The position numbers and the translations under genes were made by a program. From Geotalea uraniireducens Rf4 (GTDB lineage: Bacteria; Desulfobacterota; Desulfuromonadia; Geobacterales; Geobacteraceae): 32,000 nucleotides of DNA. The notes beneath the pieces were generated by a model. The model was not told the origin of the DNA, ran no database searches, and worked only from the letters and a program-made list of their open reading frames with translations. The DNA lies in the NCBI RefSeq assembly GCF_000016745.1, contig NC_009483.1, positions 4,890,001 through 4,922,000 of the forward strand, in the 5' to 3' direction. Of this stretch, positions 26,581 to 32,000 are shown piece by piece; position 1 is the first letter of the stretch, and the number at the start of each line of letters is the position of its first letter.

Positions 26581-27804
26581 TCATTTATTGCTGGTGAGTT
26601 CCCTCAAGATCGCCGTTATCATCGGCCTATGCTCCGTCTGGGTCGCTGAAAGGGCCACTTCTACCTCCCTTGAAACGCCTTTGACATCACGCACCTTTTG
26701 CATGGTTGTCCGAGCAGCGCCTTTCCTCTCCTCGCCGGTTCGCAGATAATCGGAAACTTCTTCCCTCAGCATTTCGCTGTTCTCGAAGAAATTATAGACG
26801 ATTTCCCCCAACAGTTCCTGGCGGGGAAGACCGAATAGTTCCTCGGCCTTCTGATTCGCAATGACAATTTTCCCGTCATGCATGAAGGTGACAACCGCAG
26901 ACTTGGCAATCTCAATGAATTTACGGTAACGTTCTTCGGATTCCCTGCTTTGCTCTATTTTGCGCTCCAGCTCCGCCATCATTTCGTTAAATGAATTAAT
27001 GAGCTGGCCGATTTCGTCATCCGACTTCTTCGGCAGTCGATCGGCAAAGCTGCCGGTTCTCGTTACCTGGGTGATGCTCTCCGACAGCATCTTGATCGGA
27101 TTGATGATGTTCCGCCTAATCAAGGCCCCCATTATCACAATAATGACAAAAAATATACCTCCGCGGTATATCAGGTCAACCTTCAGGTTTGTACCTATTT
27201 CACGATACAGCTCGGCCATTGGAATGGTCACCGAAACGGCCCCGATGACCTCACCTAGTTTATAGTTGTAAGAATAATGGCCGCGCGGGAAACGGTTGCG
27301 TATGAACAAGGGGGCCTGATCGTAGGTTCCGTGGCACTCAAGGCATGATTTTTCCGCCACCATTGACTGCATATAACGAAAAGACTGCTCGCCCTTAACC
27401 TCGACTACCGAATACGACTCTCTGATGGCTTTACCGGCAAATTTCTTTAACTGTTCCGTTTCGTAATCATCGGGGCGGTTTTCAGGATTGCGATAGCGCA
27501 ATGAAACCTGGCGCACGTAATATTTACTGCCGGTGGTCATTCTTTTTGCTACCTGTGTAGCCACCACCTGCGGGACAAGGGCATAATTCCCTTCCGGCTC
27601 GCCCCGCACCACGCTGGAGATGTAGTCCCGGGTTTCAATTATCTGCTTGGCAATGTGACGCGCGTTATCGACCGCCACCTTCATAATTAGCAACTGCTCG
27701 CGCTTATAGGTAAAGAACGCGGCGGCAAGAAACAAGACGATTAACAGGCTGGACATGATCAGGTTGAACTTGGCGCTCAATTTCATGGTGGCAAACCAGG
27801 ACAT
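26581..27804 (-). CDS. Membrane signal-transduction protein: TM, extracytoplasmic c-heme (CXXCH) sensor domain (DUF3365/Tll0287-like), TM, HAMP, PAS; no output domain
   Basis: TM segments lie at about aa 15-33 and 212-230. The single CLECH at aa 154-158 sits in the loop between them, flanked by YRNPENRPDDYE and GAVSVTIPM, which resemble DUF3365. HAMP (NPIKMLSESI...DEIGQLINSFNEM) is followed by a coiled coil and then a PAS fold to the stop. GGAGG lies 5 nt before the ATG. Confidence 0.75.
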   Translation of the reverse strand: MSWFATMKLSAKFNLIMSSLLIVLFLAAAFFTYKREQLLIMKVAVDNARHIAKQIIETRDYISSVVRGEPEGNYALVPQVVATQVAKRMTTGSKYYVRQVSLRYRNPENRPDDYETEQLKKFAGKAIRESYSVVEVKGEQSFRYMQSMVAEKSCLECHGTYDQAPLFIRNRFPRGHYSYNYKLGEVIGAVSVTIPMAELYREIGTNLKVDLIYRGGIFFVIIVIMGALIRRNIINPIKMLSESITQVTRTGSFADRLPKKSDDEIGQLINSFNEMMAELERKIEQSRESEERYRKFIEIAKSAVVTFMHDGKIVIANQKAEELFGLPRQELLGEIVYNFFENSEMLREEVSDYLRTGEERKGAARTTMQKVRDVKGVSREVEVALSATQTEHRPMITAILRELTSNK

Positions 27805-27893
27805 ACGGGCCTCCGCGAGGGTGGTTTCTCAAGAAAGTATACCCGGCGCCTTATCAGAAGCAAGCAGACGGAAGTTTTTGCGTTTGTCGCAGG

Positions 27894-28178
27894 TTACCTT
27901 GTCGGCGCTGATGAGGTATTGCTTGTGTGGCATCCTGCACATAGGGGATCTGCGACCCGCCGTTTCAAGAGCGAATCACGGTCCTTCGGTTGGCTTTTCC
28001 CCATCAGTTTTTCTCCGATTTTATGACAATCAAAGCAGCCTCGTCCCTGTAATGCCTTGTGCATGCGAACCATCGCCGGGTTTTTGCTGTGGCATTCGTT
28101 ACATTGAAATGCTGCAGCATTGTTAATAATACCGAACCAGCCAAATACAACCACTGCAAACATAACCTTTTTCCCCAT
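27894..28178 (-). CDS. Small secreted triheme c-type cytochrome (about 70-aa mature protein)
   Basis: Three CXXCH motifs are present: CNECH, CFDCH and CAGCH. The ORF-track start is 28220. ATG 28178 has AAGGAG 6 nt upstream and gives the Sec signal MGKKVMFAVVVFGWFGIINNAAA. There is an 89-nt gap and no terminator before the sensor gene. Confidence 0.8.
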   Translation of the reverse strand: MGKKVMFAVVVFGWFGIINNAAAFQCNECHSKNPAMVRMHKALQGRGCFDCHKIGEKLMGKSQPKDRDSLLKRRVADPLCAGCHTSNTSSAPTR

Positions 28179-28191
28179 CAGATACTCCTTT

Positions 28192-28251
28192 CTAAAGTTG
28201 ACTTTAGCGGAGTTTAACAACCGGAGCTCGTTGTACCTTGACTAAAGTCAA
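28192..28251. repeat. Palindrome pair sharing the CTAAAGT/ACTTTAG core: CTAAAGT-TG-ACTTTAG (28192-28207) and TTGAC-TAAA-GTCAA (28238-28251)
   Basis: Read directly from the sequence. The pair lies just upstream of the cytochrome gene SD, in the cytochrome/parA divergent region. Function is unknown. Confidence 0.3.
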
Positions 28252-28429
28252 ATATCGCCATAAAGAGCACCAGCTTCCTCCTTGTCGACCCGCGTAAGCA
28301 CCCCCGCTTCCGAAAAAAAACTTTCAATAAGGATTGTAATGTGTTAGTTTTCCTTGACTTTGAAATCCTTGTATATCCCTGATTACCGAACGATCACTTC
28401 ACAATCACCAAAATCGGAAATAACAGCAT

Positions 28430-29203
28430 ATGGCAAAAATCATCTGCATAGCCAATCAGAAGGGCGGTGTGGGTAAAACTACCACATCGGTCAATCTTGC
28501 AGCATCTCTGGCAGTGGCTGAGAGACGGACCCTCCTTGTAGATATGGACCCGCAGGGCAATGCCGGAAGCGGCGTAGGAATCGATAAACGCAACCTTGCG
28601 GAAACGGTTTATGATGCCTTGATCGATGATGCCGACGCCGCCGGAATCGTCTTAAAGACATCATTCCCCTACCTGGATATTCTCCCGGCAAATTCAGATC
28701 TTGCAGGCGCAGAGCTGGAATTGGTCTCCATCATCGGCCGGGAACTCAAACTCAAACATGCACTGGCAGCGCTGGTCGATTCCTACGACTACATTCTCAT
28801 CGACTGTCCCCCCTCGTTAGGGCTCCTGACCGTCAACGCCATGACTGCCGCCGAATCGGTACTGATCCCCCTGCAATGCGAGTTCTACGCAATGGAAGGG
28901 CTGTCCCAGATACTCAAAACCATTGGCCTGGTTCAGAAAGGGCTGAACCCTTCCCTCAAGATTGAAGGTATTCTTCTCACCATGTTCGATGCCAGGAACA
29001 ACCTCTCCCATCAAGTGAGCGAGGAGATACGGTCTCACTTTAAAAAGGAAACCTTCACCACCGTAGTTCCCAGGAATGTCCGGCTCTCCGAGGCACCAAG
29101 CCACGGCAAACCCATAATCCTCTACGATATAACGTCTCGCGGTGCCACAAGTTACATGGATCTTGCCAAAGAAATAATCGGCCGGGAGGTGCATCATGGT
29201 TAA
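28430..29203 (+). CDS. parA: Chromosome partitioning ATPase ParA/Soj
   Basis: Deviant Walker A KGGVGKTTT. 257 aa, with strong family resemblance throughout. Confidence 0.95.
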   Translation: MAKIICIANQKGGVGKTTTSVNLAASLAVAERRTLLVDMDPQGNAGSGVGIDKRNLAETVYDALIDDADAAGIVLKTSFPYLDILPANSDLAGAELELVSIIGRELKLKHALAALVDSYDYILIDCPPSLGLLTVNAMTAAESVLIPLQCEFYAMEGLSQILKTIGLVQKGLNPSLKIEGILLTMFDARNNLSHQVSEEIRSHFKKETFTTVVPRNVRLSEAPSHGKPIILYDITSRGATSYMDLAKEIIGREVHHG

Positions 29204-30032
29204 GAAAACCGGCCTCGGCAAGGGGATGGCAGCACTCCTCCCTGTTGTCGAGGAAGAAGGCAGAAAATTTTTTTCCTGCCCCATTGAAGAGATACGTCCC
29301 AACAAAAACCAGCCACGCAAAACCTTTACCCATGACAAGTTGGAGGAGCTGGCAGCCTCTATCCGCGAAAAGGGCATCATCCAGCCGCTCGTCGTGCTGC
29401 GCAAAAGCGACCATTACGAGCTGATTGCCGGCGAAAGACGCTGGCGGGCAGCACAGAAAGCAGGGCTCCGCGAAGTGCCGGTGGTCATCCAGGACGTATC
29501 TGAAGATACTGCACTGGAAATGGCGCTGATCGAAAATATCCAGAGGGAAGATCTAAATGCGGTGGAAGAAGCCGAAGCCTACCACGCCCTTCTCGAAAGG
29601 TTCGATCTTTCCCAGGAAGAGTTGGCCAAGAGAGTCGGGAAAGACCGCTCCACCGTCGCCAATTCACTGCGCCTCCTCAAGTTGCCGTCAGAGATAAAAC
29701 TGGACGTAATCGAAGATCGGCTCAGCATGGGTCACGCACGGGCACTGTTAACCCTTGATACTCTTGAGCAGATGAAAGATGCACGGGAAACGATCATCAA
29801 GCGCAAACTAACAGTCAGGGCGACCGAATCTCTTGTAAAAGATATGAAGGCAAACAAGGTCGCTAAACCGAAAAAACAGCCCGACCTGCAAATGGTTGAC
29901 CTTATCGAGCAGATGCAGCGTCATTTCAAAACCAAGATTAAAGTTCGCCAGATAGGCAAGGGTGGAAAAATTGAAATCAGTTATAGCGACCAGAAGGAGC
30001 TGACACGCCTCATTGATCTGATAAATTTGTGA
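29196..30032 (+). CDS. parB: Chromosome partitioning protein ParB/Spo0J
   Basis: The ParB box is GIIQPLVV...LIAGERRWRAA and the HTH is SQEELAKRVGKDRSTVANSLRLL. It overlaps parA by 8 nt. Confidence 0.95.
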   Translation: MVKKTGLGKGMAALLPVVEEEGRKFFSCPIEEIRPNKNQPRKTFTHDKLEELAASIREKGIIQPLVVLRKSDHYELIAGERRWRAAQKAGLREVPVVIQDVSEDTALEMALIENIQREDLNAVEEAEAYHALLERFDLSQEELAKRVGKDRSTVANSLRLLKLPSEIKLDVIEDRLSMGHARALLTLDTLEQMKDARETIIKRKLTVRATESLVKDMKANKVAKPKKQPDLQMVDLIEQMQRHFKTKIKVRQIGKGGKIEISYSDQKELTRLIDLINL

Positions 30033-30202
30033 GCTGCCATCCGCACCCGTTTTTTAAATTATTTGACCCTGCTTTCAATACAAATCACTTGACATATATA
30101 TTAGCGTATGGTAGCTATCACGTGTTTTACCTCCTGAACAAATCGTATCTTCCAAATAATTAGCAATTGCACAAAAACTATTAAACGGCAAGAGGTGGTT
30201 GG

Positions 30203-30628
30203 GTGATTAATTTAGACATGTCCTTTCTTTTCCAGTTAGTTAATTTTCTGCTGCTGATGCTGGTCCTCAATCTCTTTTTGTTCAAACCGATCAGAAAAGT
30301 TCTCGCCGACAGAAAAGCGGAAGTCAGTGGCGCCAAAGAGAAGTCAGCAACCGTTGACAAAGAAGTGCAGGAGAAACTTGCTCTCTACGAGGCACGGATG
30401 CGTGAAATCAAAGCCCGCGCCACTGACGAGCGTTCTGTTCTGAAAAAAGAGGCTCAGACGGAAGAAGCCGCGATCCTGGATAAAGCGAGAAAAGAGGCCG
30501 CCGACACCCTGTCCGCCATCAAGAACAAAGTAGCTAAAGAGGCAGCCGACGCCAGACAACTCCTTAAAGAGCAGGCACTGTCCCTTTCTTCTGAAATCTG
30601 TGAGAAAGTTCTTGGGAGGAGTTTCTAG
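30203..30628 (+). CDS. atpF2: F0F1 ATP synthase subunit b' (b paralog)
   Basis: 141 aa with a single N-terminal TM helix (FLFQLVNFLLLMLVLNLFLFKPI) followed by a charged coiled coil. GTG start with GAGG 7 nt upstream. Confidence 0.85.
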   Translation: MINLDMSFLFQLVNFLLLMLVLNLFLFKPIRKVLADRKAEVSGAKEKSATVDKEVQEKLALYEARMREIKARATDERSVLKKEAQTEEAAILDKARKEAADTLSAIKNKVAKEAADARQLLKEQALSLSSEICEKVLGRSF

Positions 30629-30629
30629 A

Positions 30630-31247
30630 ATGACAAGCACTCGTAAATCCGTATTAACATCATCCAGCACGATAACGGTTACTACCTGCCTGTTACTGGT
30701 CGGCCTTGCTGCCGCCGGTTACGCATCCGAAGGTGGCGAAGGCGCGCACCATGTGGACACAGCCAAGCAGATGAAAGATTTTGCCTGGCGCTGTCTCGAT
30801 TTTGCTGTCCTTCTCGCCATTGTTGTCTGGGCGCTGAAAAAAGCAAATGTCAAGGGGTCGCTGGCAGAGCGGCAGTCCAACATTGAGAAGATGCTCAAAG
30901 AAGCTGTAGAGGCAAAAGAACAGGCTGAAAAGAAATTCCTTGAATATAATGAGAAGCTTGAACAGGCAAACAAGGAAATTGAAGCGATGTCTGCAGCAAT
31001 GAAGCAGGAAGGGGAGCTGGAAAAAGTCCGCATCATCGCTGAAGCAAAAGCAGCAGCAGAAAAGGTTAAGGAACAGGCACAACAAGCAGCGCATCAGGAA
31101 ATTCTCAAGGCACGGATTGAATTGCGCGATGAAGCTGCCCGTCTCGCCGTTGAAATTGCCGAGAAAAAGATCAAAGAAAACATTACAAAGAATGATCAGG
31201 ATAAACTGGTTGGCGACTATATCTCCAAGGTGGTGACGCTACATTGA
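30630..31247 (+). CDS. atpF: F0F1 ATP synthase subunit b (with a signal-like N-terminal extension)
   Basis: The ORF-track start at 30600 (GTG) overlaps atpF'. ATG 30630 follows GGAGGA by 9 nt. The canonical b-type TM helix ([14 protein letters not shown]) and coiled coil are preceded by about 45 extra residues. Confidence 0.88.
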   Translation: MTSTRKSVLTSSSTITVTTCLLLVGLAAAGYASEGGEGAHHVDTAKQMKDFAWRCLDFAVLLAIVVWALKKANVKGSLAERQSNIEKMLKEAVEAKEQAEKKFLEYNEKLEQANKEIEAMSAAMKQEGELEKVRIIAEAKAAAEKVKEQAQQAAHQEILKARIELRDEAARLAVEIAEKKIKENITKNDQDKLVGDYISKVVTLH

Positions 31248-31786
31248 GTACTAATGCAATTGCCAGACGTTATGCCAAGGCCCTTGTACAGATAGGTGCA
31301 GAAGAGGGTCAGGTCGACAAGTTTAACAGCGAGTTGACTCAATTCAACACCGTGCTTGCTGCAAATGCCGGCCTTACCTCCGTTTTCAGCAATCCAGCTT
31401 ACGGGATCGAAGCTAAAAGGGAAATTCTCAAGGAAATAATTGGCAAGCTTGCGCTATCGGAAAGTGTTGCCAAATTCCTACAACTGCTGCTTGACAGAAG
31501 CAGACTTGCCTTTCTGCCGCAGATAACAGAAAGCTACGGCAACTTCGCCGATGACCTTTCCGGGGTTGTCCGTCCGACACTGACGTCGGGTCTGCCGCTG
31601 GAAGAAAGCCAGATCGAGGAGATTAAGACCTCTCTGACAAAAACCACCGGCAAGAAAGTCATGCTCAAGGTACAAGTGGATCCTTCACTGATCGGCGGTG
31701 TAGTTACCAAGATCGGGGACAAGGTTTTTGACGGTAGCGTAAAAACGCAGTTAGCGAAAATTCAAGATATATTACAGAAGGGGTGA
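31244..31786 (+). CDS. atpH: F0F1 ATP synthase subunit delta
   Basis: 180 aa of the OSCP/delta family (IARRYAKAL..., [18 protein letters not shown]). TTG start overlapping the atpF stop (TTGA). Confidence 0.92.
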   Translation: MSTNAIARRYAKALVQIGAEEGQVDKFNSELTQFNTVLAANAGLTSVFSNPAYGIEAKREILKEIIGKLALSESVAKFLQLLLDRSRLAFLPQITESYGNFADDLSGVVRPTLTSGLPLEESQIEEIKTSLTKTTGKKVMLKVQVDPSLIGGVVTKIGDKVFDGSVKTQLAKIQDILQKG

Positions 31787-31795
31787 GACGTTTCT

Positions 31796-32000
31796 ATGGA
31801 AATCAGAGCGGAAGAAATCAGCGAGATTATCAGAAAACAGATCAAGGAGTATGGTACTGAGGTTGCTGTAGCAGAAACCGGCACCATTATCTCCATCGGC
31901 GATGGTATTGCCCGTATTCACGGCCTTGATAAGGCCATGGCGGGTGAGCTGCTCGAATTCCCCGGCGGGATTTCCGGCATGGTTCTCAACCTCGAGGAAG
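31796..32000 (+). CDS. atpA: F0F1 ATP synthase subunit alpha, N-terminal 68 codons (continues past the window)
   Basis: Hand translation gives [68 protein letters not shown], a typical alpha-subunit N-terminal beta-barrel. Confidence 0.93.
   Translation, partial: MEIRAEEISEIIRKQIKEYGTEVAVAETGTIISIGDGIARIHGLDKAMAGELLEFPGGISGMVLNLEE

Noticed and set aside
30089-30123. TTGACA-N17-TAGCTA considered as the promoter for atpF'.
   Set aside because: The -35 hexamer is perfect, but the -10 matches only 2 of 6 positions. That is too weak to report as a feature without TSS data.
30110-30130. A CACGTG core (TATCACGTGTTTTA) considered as a parS site downstream of parB. The windows 28221-28429 and 30033-30202 were also scanned for DnaA boxes or oriC.
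   Set aside because: The flanks do not match the palindromic TGTTNCACGTGAAACA consensus. I saw no TTATCCACA-like boxes, so there is no support for parS or oriC here.

Overview
This is a chromosomal segment dominated by core energy-metabolism operons. Gene content and order suggest a Desulfuromonadales/Geobacter-like bacterium (inference): a 14-gene nuo operon beside hemL and atpZ-I-B-E, parAB directly upstream of atpF'-F-H-A, and c-type heme proteins.

Layout:
- 1-1679 (-): start of an OMP-adaptor RND-type efflux operon.
- 2007-17016 (-): complete nuoABCDEFGHIJKLMN operon (complex I) with an intrinsic terminator at about 1950-1980.
- 17315-18598 (+): hemL.
- 18694-20412 (+): atpZ/atpI/atpB/atpE with a terminator.
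- 20708-22153 (+): a GC-rich long-form GAPDH-family gene.
- about 22182-24111 (-): an apparently intact, compact group II intron with an RT/maturase ORF, sitting just 3' of the terminator hairpin of pepA.
- 24210-25697 (-): pepA.
- 25814-26527 (+): a YcdX-like PHP phosphatase.
- 26581-28178 (-): a small triheme cytochrome c plus a membrane c-heme-sensor/HAMP/PAS protein with no output domain.
- 28430-30032 (+): parA and parB.
- 30203-32000 (+): atpF', atpF, atpH and the start of atpA.

I saw no rRNA, tRNA, CRISPR array or recognisable defence or toxin system. Most of the window is ordinary, and I found no clear novel multi-gene system.

The accessory, more interesting part is about 20.4-28.3 kb. 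It holds the terminator-targeted intron and its odd 3' flank, the compositionally foreign gap-like gene, an orphan structured element, and the cytochrome plus output-less heme-sensor pair. The HydB/HndC-like extended NuoF inside an otherwise canonical complex I operon is also worth a look.

Several ORF-track starts are over-extended. I corrected them using Shine-Dalgarno (SD) spacing: the TolC-like gene, nuoE, pepA, the cytochrome and atpF.
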